From: Flavobacteriales bacterium
GTDB lineage: Bacteria > Bacteroidota > Bacteroidia > Flavobacteriales_C > GCA-002722245
Assembly: GCA_046074525.1 (NCBI GenBank)
Contig: JBJTOK010000052.1
Span: forward strand, 15,760 to 79,759
Direction: 5' to 3'
Length of the DNA: 64,000 nt
Shown here: positions 29,612 to 39,125 of the stretch, piece after piece
How the letters are laid out: each line of letters starts with the position of its first letter
How positions within the stretch are numbered: position 1 is the first letter of the stretch
The notes under the pieces: model-generated
The model's input: the letters and a program-made list of their open reading frames with translations, nothing else
What the model was told of the DNA's origin: nothing
The model's database searches: none
Program-made: the position numbers and the translations under genes

Positions 29612-29758
29612 AGTTTTACTGAAGTTGGGCTTTCGCGTCGCGCATCGTTTATGAGAGATTTGCTGATTGGAATCTCTTATCAATAAAGGGTTTTGTTGTT
29701 TTTCTGTTTTTATATTTAGATAAGCCTAAAATATTTTTTTACATTTTTTTGTTTTTGT

Positions 29759-29778
29759 CTTTAAATGTTTCTAAATTT
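29759..29778 (+). promoter_or_regulatory. second copy of 20-mer CTTTAAAT(A/G)TTTCTAAATTT, upstream of nirD
   Basis: 19 of 20 positions are identical to 26925-26944. Confidence 0.5.
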
Positions 29779-29858
29779 AAATTATGTAAGTGAAGATTTA
29801 CAAGTTAGAATCTGCGAAAAAGCAGTTTTTGGGGTTGAAAACGATAAACAAGAGAGAT

Positions 29859-30209
29859 ATGTCAGAATTGAAATCAACAAAAGTAAACTGGTTTTTTGCT
29901 TGTAAAGCTGAAGATGTGCCTGAGAATGGCGGTGTTTGTGTAAAGCATGGTGAGGATCAAATTGCTTTATTCAATTTTACGAGAAGAGGAGAGTGGTATG
30001 CTACACAGAATATGTGTCCGCATCGTCAGCAAATGGCAATCAGTCGGGGGATGATAGGGAGTCACGAAGATGAACCCAAAGTTGCTTGTCCTTTCCACAA
30101 AAAAACCTTTTCCCTTAAAGATGGATCCTGCTTAAGTGGCGATGACTATAAGATCAAAACTTATCCAGTCAAAATAGAGGATGGTAAAGTGTATATAGAT
30201 ATAGTGTAA
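29859..30209 (+). CDS. nirD: nitrite reductase small subunit (Rieske-fold NirD)
   Basis: NMCPHRQQMAISRG...ACPFHKKTFSLKDG. ATG 29859 is preferred over the GTG at 29790. Confidence 0.85.
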   Translation: MSELKSTKVNWFFACKAEDVPENGGVCVKHGEDQIALFNFTRRGEWYATQNMCPHRQQMAISRGMIGSHEDEPKVACPFHKKTFSLKDGSCLSGDDYKIKTYPVKIEDGKVYIDIV

Positions 30210-30267
30210 ATATTAAGTAATGAATGTAGTTATTCAAACATCGGAAAAAATAAGCGTCTTGAATACA

Positions 30268-30291
30268 AGGGTGTGCAATGCGCACCTTTTT
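30268..30291 (+). terminator. hairpin plus T-run between nirD and nasA
   Basis: ggtgtgc aat gcgcacc followed by ttttt. Confidence 0.45.
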
Positions 30292-30321
30292 GCATTAATT
30301 ACTAACAATGAGCTTTAAGAT

Positions 30322-33300
30322 ATGAGTGAATCTTTTAAAACAACATGTTGTTATTGCGGGGTCGGTTGCGGGATTGTTGTGCATAAAGATCGGCAAGGGA
30401 AAATTTCAGTGGAAGGTGATAAGGATCATCCTGTGAACAAAGGCATGCTTTGTTCCAAGGGGATGAACCTGCACTATACGGTAATGGATGCCACTGATAG
30501 GTTACTATATCCCGAGATGCGTTACAGCAGAAGTGGTCCCCGTCAAAGGGTTTCGTGGGATCAGGCTCTAGAGAGAACGGCTGCTGTTTTTAAAACGTTT
30601 ATCGATAAATATGGTCCCGATTCAGTGGCATTTTATGCTTCCGGACAGTGTCTCACCGAAGAATATTATGTGATCAATAAGATCATTAAGGGTTACATCG
30701 GTAGCAATAACCTCGATACTAATTCGCGGTTATGCATGAGCTCTGCGGTGGTTGGATACAAATTGTCATTGGGTGAGGATAGTGTTCCTATCACCTATGA
30801 CGATTTGGAAATTGCCGATTGTATTTTTGTTGCAGGAGCTAATCCTGCCTGGTGTCATCCCATAGTTTGGCGCAGGGTTGAAATGGCCCGCGAAAAAAAT
30901 CCTAATCTTAAAATCATTGTGAGTGATCCGCGCAAAACGCAAACATGCGCATACGCAAATGTTCACCTGCAATTGAACCCAGGAACTGATGTTACCTTGC
31001 ATCATGCCATCGGTCGTTGTCTCATCGAGCAAGGTAACATTGATATGAAATTTATCTCCGAGCATTCGGAAGGTTATGAAAAATACAGAGAAATAGTTTT
31101 CCAGCGTACACTGGAAGAAGCAGCGGAAATTTGTGGAATTGAAGTAGAGAAAATAAGAGAAGCAGCTTCGTACATCGGTAACGCAAAAGGTTTTGTTACC
31201 ATGTGGACGATGGGCTTGAACCAAAGTGTGATTGGAGTGAACAAAAACCTGAGTTTAATCAATCTCAATTTAATTACAGGACACATCGGTAAACCAGGGT
31301 CGGGACCATTTTCACTGACTGGTCAGCCTAATGCAATGGGTGGTCGTGAAGTTGGAGGTATGGCGAATTTGTTGAGTGCTCACCGTAATTTAGCAGATCC
31401 GGCGCACCGTGCCGAAGTTGCTAAGTTTTGGGGTGTTCCAAGTGTTCCCGAAAAACCCGGACTCACTGCAACCGAAATGTTTCAGGCATTGAATGATGAG
31501 AAATTGAAAGCCATCTGGATAGTTTGTACTAATCCTCTCATAAGTTTGCCTGATGTACGTATTGCAGAAGAAGGACTTAAAAAAGCAAAGTTTGTTGTTG
31601 TTCAGGATATCACTAATAAACTGGAGACTTTAAAATATGCCGACGTGGTGTTGCCAGCTGCAGCTTGGACCGAGAAAGAAGGTACCATGACTAATGCTGA
31701 GCGACGAATTGCTTATTTGTCGAAATTAACTGACGCTCCTGGTGAAGCATTGCCGGATGCAGAAATTATTTGTCGTTTCGCTAAAAAGATGGGTTATAGT
31801 GGCTTTGACTATGCTTCGCCTTCGGAGATTTATGATGAGCACTGTGCGTCAACAGCTGGAACCAATATTGATATTACAGGATTGAGCTACGAGGTGCTTA
31901 AAGAAAAGCGCTCAGTGCAATGGCCTTATCCAACGGGTTCAAATGATTTTGGTACAGCGCGTTTATTTACCGATCATCAGTTTTTTACTCCTTCCAAAAA
32001 GGCGCAAATTCATAGCTTCCCTGATGCCAATCAATCGGAAGCGCTTTCTCCCGATTTTCCGTTGGTGCTTACCACGGGTCGTATCCGCGACCACTGGCAT
32101 ACCATGAGCAAAACAGGAAAGGTTAATAAATTAAAACAACACATTGCTGAATCTTTCGTGGAAATGCATCCGGATGATGCTGAGGAAAGAGGAATAAAAG
32201 ATAATCAGTTGGTAGAAGTTTCTTCTGCCAGAGGTAATGTTCGGGTGAAAGTGAAGTTGACTACCGACATTAAAAAGGGCTTGGTTTTCTTGCCAATGCA
32301 CTGGGGAAAAGTGTTGAACAGCGATTTAAATCGAGCCAACAATCTCACCAATAATTTAGTGGATTCTCGTTCAAAGGAGCCCGATTTTAAATTTGCTGCT
32401 GCGCAGGTATTGCCATATAAAAAACCAAAACAGAAAATTGTACTCATCGGTGCCGGAGCGGGTTCTTGCGGATTTGTAAAATCTTATCGCGAACTGAATA
32501 GTGAAGATGAGTTGGTGGTTTTTAGTAAAGAAAATCTTCCCTTTTACAATCGTGTAATGTTGCCCGATTATATCAGTGGTGTTCAGCAATGGGAGCAATT
32601 GGTGAAGATGACCGATGACGAAGAAAATGATTATCGCGTGACCTTGCACCGAGGATTGGGTATTCAAAAAATTGATAGAGTAAACAAAACGGTTACTGAT
32701 GATAAGGGTGTGGAACACTCTTACGATGTGCTGATCATGGCTACTGGTAGCAGAGCAACAGTATTGAAAGACACACCACCCATGCAAGGAATTTTTACCA
32801 TGCGCAGTCGTGTAGATGCTGATAAATTCAAAAAGCATGTTGATCCTTCCAAAGGAAAAGTGGTGATTTTAGGAGGAGGATTACTGGGGATAGAGCTTGC
32901 AGCTTCTTTGCGTGAAGTGGGTGTTGAGGTAGTGATAGTGCAACGTATTTCCCGTTTAATGGACCGTCAGTTGGATCCGCTTGGCAGCCAGATGCTGGCC
33001 GATGAATTGCGAGACAAAGGCATTGATATCTATTTCAATGATGAAATAAGTCGCTATTTAGGTAATGAAAAATTGGAAGGTCTTGAATTGAAAAGTGGTT
33101 TGAGTATTCCTTGTCAGGCTATGGTGATGGCCATTGGTACTACTCCTAATGTTGAAATAGCGAGAGCATGTGATATTGAAGTTAAACGTGGAGTAGTAGT
33201 AGATGAATATTTAAAAACATCCGATCCAAATATTTTTGCTATTGGTGAAATTGCCGAATTCAAAGGCTTTCTATATGGTATTACCGCTGCCGCTGAGCAA

Positions 33301-33843
33301 CAAGCCGAAATTGTTGCACGCTATTTAAGTGGTGACATTTCTAAGTATTATCAAGGTTCATTATTGATGAATATTTTGAAAATGCATGGTACCGATCTTT
33401 GTTCGTTGGGTATGGCAGAATGTCCAAATGATCCTGACTATGAAGAAGTGGTGTTTATAGATAAGGCAAAGCGTTATTACAAAAAGTGCATCATTCATAA
33501 TGATAAATTGGTAGGGGCCATTCTTATCGGTGACAAATCCGAGTTTCAGGAATTCCGCGAATTGATTCAAAACAAAATGGAGTTGTCGGAAAAGCGACTC
33601 ACATTATTGCGATCAGGGAAAAAAGGTGATCCTGTAATTGGAAAAATTGTTTGCAGCTGTGGTAGTGTTGGCGAAGGAAATATTGAAAATAGAATAAAAG
33701 AGGGTTGTATTGACTTTAAACAATTGTGTCAGTTATCGGGTGCGGGACAAGGTTGTGGCAGTTGTAAGCCGGAAGTGCAGGCAATACTGGAGCGAATGAC
33801 GGAAGAGACTAAAGTGTTGGAAGTTGAAAAAGTAGAAGCGTAA
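30322..33843 (+). CDS. nasA: assimilatory nitrate reductase: molybdopterin (MopB) catalytic domain fused to NAD(P)H flavin reductase and BFD-like 2Fe-2S domains
   Basis: N-terminal 4Fe-4S motif CCYCGVGCG...C. MopB and molybdopterin-binding C-terminal regions. From about residue 700 there is a pyridine-nucleotide-disulfide oxidoreductase region (IVLIGAGAGSCG, VVILGGGLLGIELA), ending in CSCGSVGEGNI...GQGCGSC. Confidence 0.85.
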   Translation: MSESFKTTCCYCGVGCGIVVHKDRQGKISVEGDKDHPVNKGMLCSKGMNLHYTVMDATDRLLYPEMRYSRSGPRQRVSWDQALERTAAVFKTFIDKYGPDSVAFYASGQCLTEEYYVINKIIKGYIGSNNLDTNSRLCMSSAVVGYKLSLGEDSVPITYDDLEIADCIFVAGANPAWCHPIVWRRVEMAREKNPNLKIIVSDPRKTQTCAYANVHLQLNPGTDVTLHHAIGRCLIEQGNIDMKFISEHSEGYEKYREIVFQRTLEEAAEICGIEVEKIREAASYIGNAKGFVTMWTMGLNQSVIGVNKNLSLINLNLITGHIGKPGSGPFSLTGQPNAMGGREVGGMANLLSAHRNLADPAHRAEVAKFWGVPSVPEKPGLTATEMFQALNDEKLKAIWIVCTNPLISLPDVRIAEEGLKKAKFVVVQDITNKLETLKYADVVLPAAAWTEKEGTMTNAERRIAYLSKLTDAPGEALPDAEIICRFAKKMGYSGFDYASPSEIYDEHCASTAGTNIDITGLSYEVLKEKRSVQWPYPTGSNDFGTARLFTDHQFFTPSKKAQIHSFPDANQSEALSPDFPLVLTTGRIRDHWHTMSKTGKVNKLKQHIAESFVEMHPDDAEERGIKDNQLVEVSSARGNVRVKVKLTTDIKKGLVFLPMHWGKVLNSDLNRANNLTNNLVDSRSKEPDFKFAAAQVLPYKKPKQKIVLIGAGAGSCGFVKSYRELNSEDELVVFSKENLPFYNRVMLPDYISGVQQWEQLVKMTDDEENDYRVTLHRGLGIQKIDRVNKTVTDDKGVEHSYDVLIMATGSRATVLKDTPPMQGIFTMRSRVDADKFKKHVDPSKGKVVILGGGLLGIELAASLREVGVEVVIVQRISRLMDRQLDPLGSQMLADELRDKGIDIYFNDEISRYLGNEKLEGLELKSGLSIPCQAMVMAIGTTPNVEIARACDIEVKRGVVVDEYLKTSDPNIFAIGEIAEFKGFLYGITAAAEQQAEIVARYLSGDISKYYQGSLLMNILKMHGTDLCSLGMAECPNDPDYEEVVFIDKAKRYYKKCIIHNDKLVGAILIGDKSEFQEFRELIQNKMELSEKRLTLLRSGKKGDPVIGKIVCSCGSVGEGNIENRIKEGCIDFKQLCQLSGAGQGCGSCKPEVQAILERMTEETKVLEVEKVEA

Positions 33844-35336
33844 TGGTAAAGAAAGGATTTATAAAAGTGAATTTCACAGGAGGAATTATTTCGCCCGGTG
33901 TGCTGAAGAAAATATTGGTGTCGGCAAAAAAGAGCGGCATTGAAAGTGTAAGTTTTGGCTTGCGTCAGCAACTTATCCTGGAAACCGGCGTGGAGAATTA
34001 TTATGAACTGCGCGAAACCTTACATGAGCTGAATCTCCTGTTTGAAGAGAATGAAGTCAATATCCCCAATATCATCAGTTCATATCCAGCGGTGGAGGCT
34101 TTTATCAATAAAACCTGGCTGAGTGAAGGGATTTATAAAGATATCTTTGACCTGATTGATTATGCTCCGAAATTAAAAATCAATATTTCCGACTCTAACC
34201 AGAGCTTTACTCCATTGTTCACCGGTAATATCAACTGGGTGGCTTCTTCGAGTGAACATTTCTGGCATGTCTTTGTGCGTTTTCCCAAGACCAACACTAT
34301 TTATGAATGGAATGAAATTGTGTATACCAACGATGTGGTAGCGGTGTCGAAAAAACTTGAAGAGATTATTTTTCAGAAGTCGACGCTCTTTTACCGCAAC
34401 GACAACGCGAGTGGGGATTTGTTGTTTCAAATGCTGAAACAAAGTGGACATTTTAATACCAAAGAAGGGGAGAAGGCCGCGCAACCAATGGGGTTCCGTT
34501 TGCCATACTATGAAGGATTCAATCGTTACAACAACAATTATTTCTGGTTGGGAATTTACCGTCGCGATGAGCAATTTGATATTGATTTCCTCTTGGATGT
34601 CTGCAATTTGTGTTTGCAAACCAAGGTAGGACAGATTTGTTCTACTCCATGGAAATCGCTCATGATTAAAGGGATTGAAGACAAGGATCGAGTTTTGTGG
34701 GATTTTATACTGGCGAAACATATGATCAATGTGCGTCACGCTGCTAACGAATTGAATTTTCAGGTAGAGGATTTAAGCAAGCCAGCCCTGGATCTTAAGC
34801 AATATATTGTAAAATATTTCAGTAAAGATGATATCCGTACTTTCGCCATTTGCTTTGGTATAAAAACACGTCCGAAAAGTGAGGTGTTTTGCAGTATTCT
34901 TGTTAAGCGCAGGGCTTTGCTGACTTTCGGACGTTACGAGTTTTTTCATGTGTATGATATCCTTTGCGCCCGTGATTACAATCCGAACGAAAGAACAGGT
35001 TATGTTTTTACCAAGAGTCTTCTGAAATTCATGCTCCCTGCAAAACTCAAAAAAGCTGCACAGGAATTTTATGAGTTCCAGTCGAAGGCCTCTGAAAAAA
35101 TTGTTTTTGAATCGCGACAGGAAGTGGTTGAAGAGAAAAAGGCGATCGAGTATGTATACCAGTGTTCAACCTGCTTTACGGTGTACGATCCTGCTTTTGG
35201 TGATGCAGACAGTGGTGTGCTTGCGGGCACGGCCTTCGCTGCATTGCCTGAAACCTACTGCTGTTCTTTATGTGAAGAAAAAAAAATGTACTTTAAAGAA
35301 GTGATAAAATCAACTTTAGGGGTACAAAAAGCTTAA
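33843..35336 (+). CDS. rubredoxin-domain fusion protein with NiR/SiR-like N-terminal region
   Basis: C-terminal rubredoxin knuckles YQCSTCFTVYDP ... YCCSLCEEKK. The N-terminus (VNFTGGIISPGVLKKILVSAKKSGIESVSFGLRQQLIL) resembles a nitrite/sulfite reductase ferredoxin-like half domain. The ATG overlaps the nasA stop by 1 nt. Confidence 0.6.
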   Translation: MVKKGFIKVNFTGGIISPGVLKKILVSAKKSGIESVSFGLRQQLILETGVENYYELRETLHELNLLFEENEVNIPNIISSYPAVEAFINKTWLSEGIYKDIFDLIDYAPKLKINISDSNQSFTPLFTGNINWVASSSEHFWHVFVRFPKTNTIYEWNEIVYTNDVVAVSKKLEEIIFQKSTLFYRNDNASGDLLFQMLKQSGHFNTKEGEKAAQPMGFRLPYYEGFNRYNNNYFWLGIYRRDEQFDIDFLLDVCNLCLQTKVGQICSTPWKSLMIKGIEDKDRVLWDFILAKHMINVRHAANELNFQVEDLSKPALDLKQYIVKYFSKDDIRTFAICFGIKTRPKSEVFCSILVKRRALLTFGRYEFFHVYDILCARDYNPNERTGYVFTKSLLKFMLPAKLKKAAQEFYEFQSKASEKIVFESRQEVVEEKKAIEYVYQCSTCFTVYDPAFGDADSGVLAGTAFAALPETYCCSLCEEKKMYFKEVIKSTLGVQKA

Positions 35337-35370
35337 GAATGTATTTTACATTTGATATAAAGATTTACGA

Positions 35371-36351
35371 ATGCTGATAGACAATCATCATAGGATTCAT
35401 GATTATCTGAGAATCTCTCTCACGAATAACTGTAACCTGCGATGTTTCTACTGCATGCCCAACGAAGACCTGCCTTACACGCCTCCGGCTTCTTTGATGC
35501 AAACGGAGGAAATCGATACCATAGTCGCCACATTTGTAAAATTAGGTATAAAGAAAATCCGCCTCACTGGAGGTGAGCCTCTTGTACGAAAGGATGCTGA
35601 AGCTATTTTGGATATACTGGCACAGTATCCGGTGGAACTCACCATGACAACGAACGGCGTTCGTTTGCACGACTTTTTTGATCAGCTGAAAAGGATTGGT
35701 TTAAGGTCGCTGAATATCAGTCTGGATACCCTCAAAGCCGCACGATTCAAAGAAATTACAAAAAGAGATGAGTTCAAGAAAGTATATGCTAACATTTTGC
35801 GAGCAGTGGAGTTGGGCTTCAGTGTAAAAGTAAATGTAGTGGCGATGAAGGGAGTGAACGATGATGAGATTTTAGATTTCGTTGCGCTCACTAAAAATCT
35901 TCCTTTACACATCCGCTTTATTGAGTTCATGCCTTTCAGTGGTAACCAATGGCAGGATGATAAGGTCATCGGCTGGAAGGAAATCCTGAAAATTGTTGGC
36001 GATGCATACGATATGGTGCCACTGATCCGACTCGAACACGACACTGCCAAGAAATACAAAGTCATCGGCCATGAAGGAACTTTCGCTGTTATAAGTACTA
36101 TGACGTCTCCTTTCTGTGGCGATTGCAACCGTATGCGACTCACTGCCGACGGGAAAATGAAGAACTGTCTCTTTTCAAAAGGAGAGAATGATATCCTCTC
36201 GGCTTTGCGTCGGGGAGAAAATATAGAACCGCTGATTATTCAGAATATTAAAACAAAAGCCGCCGAGCGGGGCGGACAAATTACACCACAATTTAAAACA
36301 GCCGATGCTGTGCTCATGCACAACAGAAGCATGATTAATATAGGAGGATGA
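35371..36351 (+). CDS. moaA: GTP 3',8-cyclase
   Basis: Radical-SAM motif CNLRCFYCMP and the C-terminal second-cluster motif CGDCNRMRLTADG. Confidence 0.9.
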   Translation: MLIDNHHRIHDYLRISLTNNCNLRCFYCMPNEDLPYTPPASLMQTEEIDTIVATFVKLGIKKIRLTGGEPLVRKDAEAILDILAQYPVELTMTTNGVRLHDFFDQLKRIGLRSLNISLDTLKAARFKEITKRDEFKKVYANILRAVELGFSVKVNVVAMKGVNDDEILDFVALTKNLPLHIRFIEFMPFSGNQWQDDKVIGWKEILKIVGDAYDMVPLIRLEHDTAKKYKVIGHEGTFAVISTMTSPFCGDCNRMRLTADGKMKNCLFSKGENDILSALRRGENIEPLIIQNIKTKAAERGGQITPQFKTADAVLMHNRSMINIGG

Positions 36352-37529
36352 TAACAGTAAGCGAAGCACGGCAATTGATTCAGCAGCACTCCAAGGCTCT
36401 GCCTGTGGTGCGAAAAACGCTGAAAGATGCTGTTGGTTTTGTACTTGCCGAAGATGTAATCTCTCCCATCAATACTCCTCCTTTTGATCAATCGGCCATG
36501 GATGGTTATGCTTTCCGTTTTGCGGACTGGACCCCAGGTAAGGAATTGATTTTAGCTGGTGAAGTAGCGGCTGGTGATACTGTTGAAGACACGGTTACTG
36601 CAGGTTCTGCTTACCGTATTTTCACTGGCGCGCCAGTTCCGGCTGGTGCTGACACTGTGGTAATGCAGGAGAAAGTTGCGCTTACTTCTAACGGGATTTT
36701 AATCAACGATAATATTTTGCAAGTCGCAGCGAATGTTCGTCCGCGCGGATCGGAAACTCAAAAAGGAGAATTGGCGATGAGTGCTTCAACGCTGCTCACT
36801 CCGGCTGCGATAGGGTATTTAGCCAATCTGGGATTTACAGAAGTTATTGTTCATAATGCTCCGCGCATTTCCGTCATCATCACCGGAAAAGAATTGCAGC
36901 AACCTGGTTCTTCTTTACCCGAAGGAAAAGTTTACGAAAGCAATTCTTACGGATTAAGCGCAGCACTTAAACAGCAAGGTTTATTCGCTAAAATAGTTTT
37001 TGTTGGTGATGAAAAAGAAGCCACGAAAAAATCCATTTCCGAAGCTTTGCAGCAAAGTGATTTGCTTCTGCTCACCGGTGGGATTTCGGTAGGGGATTAC
37101 GATTTTGTAAACGAATCGCTGAGCGAATGTAACGTTGAGAAGATCTTTCATAAAATAAAACAGAAACCAGGTAAACCTTTGTATTTCGGTAGGAAGGACG
37201 ATCAGTTGATTTTTGGTTTGCCAGGAAATCCGGCTGCTGTGCTTACCTGTTTTTATGAATATGTATTGCCTTGCCTGCGTGCTTTGAAAGGTGAGAAAAA
37301 CAACGGTCCGCTTTCTTTGTATTTGCCTTTGGGCAAAGCATACAGCAAGAAAAAAGGACTCACCCATTTTATAAAAGGTCGCACCGAAGAACAAAGCGTA
37401 TTGCCTTTGGGCGCCCAGGAATCGTACAAGTTGAATTCTTTTTCATTGGCCAACTGCATCATTGAGCTGGAAGAAGAAAAAGAAAATTTTGAAAAAGGAG
37501 AACTCGTAAAAATTCATTTGCTGCCATGA
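36348..37529 (+). CDS. moeA: molybdopterin molybdotransferase
   Basis: SAMDGYAF motif and the MoeA domain order. Overlaps moaA by 4 bp. Confidence 0.85.
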   Translation: MITVSEARQLIQQHSKALPVVRKTLKDAVGFVLAEDVISPINTPPFDQSAMDGYAFRFADWTPGKELILAGEVAAGDTVEDTVTAGSAYRIFTGAPVPAGADTVVMQEKVALTSNGILINDNILQVAANVRPRGSETQKGELAMSASTLLTPAAIGYLANLGFTEVIVHNAPRISVIITGKELQQPGSSLPEGKVYESNSYGLSAALKQQGLFAKIVFVGDEKEATKKSISEALQQSDLLLLTGGISVGDYDFVNESLSECNVEKIFHKIKQKPGKPLYFGRKDDQLIFGLPGNPAAVLTCFYEYVLPCLRALKGEKNNGPLSLYLPLGKAYSKKKGLTHFIKGRTEEQSVLPLGAQESYKLNSFSLANCIIELEEEKENFEKGELVKIHLLP

Positions 37530-37765
37530 GTGCAACGATCAACATACTTGCTTTTGGAAGGGTTGCTGAAATCCTTGGAGCTTCGTCTTTGGAGTTGCCG
37601 CACGTGCCATCGGTGAATGAATTGAAAAGAATACTGGAAGAAAAATTCCCTGCATTGATGCTCACTAAATATGCCATTGCAGTAGATAAGAAATTAATCA
37701 CGGCCGACGCTGTCATTACAGCATCAGCCAACATAGCATTATTGCCTCCTTTTTCGGGTGGATAA
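37526..37765 (+). CDS. moaD: molybdopterin synthase sulfur-carrier subunit
   Basis: 79 aa with a ubiquitin-like fold signature and a C-terminal GG (PPFSGG). Confidence 0.8.
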   Translation: MSATINILAFGRVAEILGASSLELPHVPSVNELKRILEEKFPALMLTKYAIAVDKKLITADAVITASANIALLPPFSGG

Positions 37766-37770
37766 AATTT

Positions 37771-38217
37771 ATGGAAAAAAAGAAAGTGAAAAATATTTTT
37801 GTTGAAGGTCCGATTGCTCCTTCGTTCATTGCTGAAGATATTGCCAAGCACAGTACGAAGAAGAACATTGGTGGTCACAGCATTTTTCTCGGACAAGTGA
37901 GGAATGATATTATTAAAGGACAAGAGGTGAAGGCCATTGAATATACTACCTACACCGATATGGCTCTCGAAAAAATGACGGAAATACGGGAAGAGATTTT
38001 CGCGAAATATCCGCTCACCTGCATGCATATTTATCACAGTCTGGGCAGTATCAAAGCAGGCGAAATCTGTTTGTTTGTGTTTACATCATCTGCACACCGG
38101 AAGCCTGCGATAGATGCCTGCGAGGAAGTAGTGGACAGAATAAAAAAAGAATTACCGGTATGGGGAAAAGAAATTTTCAGCAATGATACCCATCAATGGA
38201 AAGAAAATAAAATATGA
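37771..38217 (+). CDS. moaE: molybdopterin synthase catalytic subunit
   Basis: GGHSIFLGQVRND and the C-terminal PVWGKE motif. Confidence 0.85.
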   Translation: MEKKKVKNIFVEGPIAPSFIAEDIAKHSTKKNIGGHSIFLGQVRNDIIKGQEVKAIEYTTYTDMALEKMTEIREEIFAKYPLTCMHIYHSLGSIKAGEICLFVFTSSAHRKPAIDACEEVVDRIKKELPVWGKEIFSNDTHQWKENKI

Positions 38218-39125
38218 ACGATATTACCTTTAAAATAAGTACTCTTCGAAAAGCTGTCGCTACAGCGAGGGTAGCGGTGTCGAAACCGGAAACTATCGAA
38301 GCCGTGAAAAACAAAAAAGTGCCAAAAGGCGATGTTTTTGAATTTTCGCGTGCTGCGGGATTGCTTGGTATTAAAAAAACCAGTGACCTTATTCCCGATT
38401 GTCATCCCTTGCCGATAGAGTACGCAAACATTCAATACAGCATTGAAGATTTATCTATCGTAATCAGCGTTGAAGTGCACACAATATACAAAACGGGAGT
38501 AGAGGTAGAGGCCATGCATGGCGCGTCTATCGTAGCGCTCACCATGTACGATATGCTCAAACCTATCGATAAAGGTGTTGAAATCAGTACCATCAAACTG
38601 CAGAATAAAAAAGGAGGGAAATCTGATTTTGCCGATCGTCCGATCAAGCCTTTGCGCACAGCCGTGATAGTTTGTTCCGATAGTATTTCTTCCGGCAGCA
38701 AGCAGGATTTTGCTGGAAAAGCAGTGATTGAAAGATTACAGAAAAATAAAATACAAGCTGTGACTTACGAAATCATTCCAGATGAAACAACCGAAATTCA
38801 GGCAAAGGCCAAACAACTTTGTGCAGAAAAATTCGATTTGATTTTGTTCTGCGGAGGAACAGGGTTGTCGCCAAGGGATGTTACTCCTGAAGCTATCAAG
38901 CCTTTGATTGAACGTGAAGTTCCGGGTATTATGGAAGCAGCGAGGTCGTATGGTCAGGAACGCACACCGTATGCTATGTTATCACGTGGGGTAGCAGGGT
39001 TTATCGGATCGTCATTGATCATCACTTTACCAGGATCTACCAAAGGTGCAGCAGAAACTATGGATGCATTGTTTCCTGCTGTATTGCATATTTTTAAAGT
39101 AGCTGAAGGCGCAAGACATGATTAG
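38214..39125 (+). CDS. moaC: bifunctional MoaC (cPMP synthase) / MoaB-Mog-type MPT adenylyltransferase fusion
   Basis: The N-terminal half is MoaC (TSDLIPDCHPLPIE, TGVEVEAMHGASIVALTMYDMLK). The C-terminal half is MoaB/Mog (AVIVCSDSISSG...GGTGLSPRDVTPEA). Confidence 0.85.
   Translation: MNDITFKISTLRKAVATARVAVSKPETIEAVKNKKVPKGDVFEFSRAAGLLGIKKTSDLIPDCHPLPIEYANIQYSIEDLSIVISVEVHTIYKTGVEVEAMHGASIVALTMYDMLKPIDKGVEISTIKLQNKKGGKSDFADRPIKPLRTAVIVCSDSISSGSKQDFAGKAVIERLQKNKIQAVTYEIIPDETTEIQAKAKQLCAEKFDLILFCGGTGLSPRDVTPEAIKPLIEREVPGIMEAARSYGQERTPYAMLSRGVAGFIGSSLIITLPGSTKGAAETMDALFPAVLHIFKVAEGARHD

Noticed and set aside
35337-35370. Moco riboswitch upstream of moaA
   Set aside because: Only 34 nt separate moaA from the preceding gene, which is far too short for the ~130-nt Moco RNA motif. 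moaA appears to be co-transcribed with nasA.
37459-38037. 192-aa minus-strand ORF overlapping moeA, moaD and moaE
   Set aside because: It lies opposite three tightly coupled, motif-bearing Moco genes. It has no recognisable motifs and is most likely spurious.
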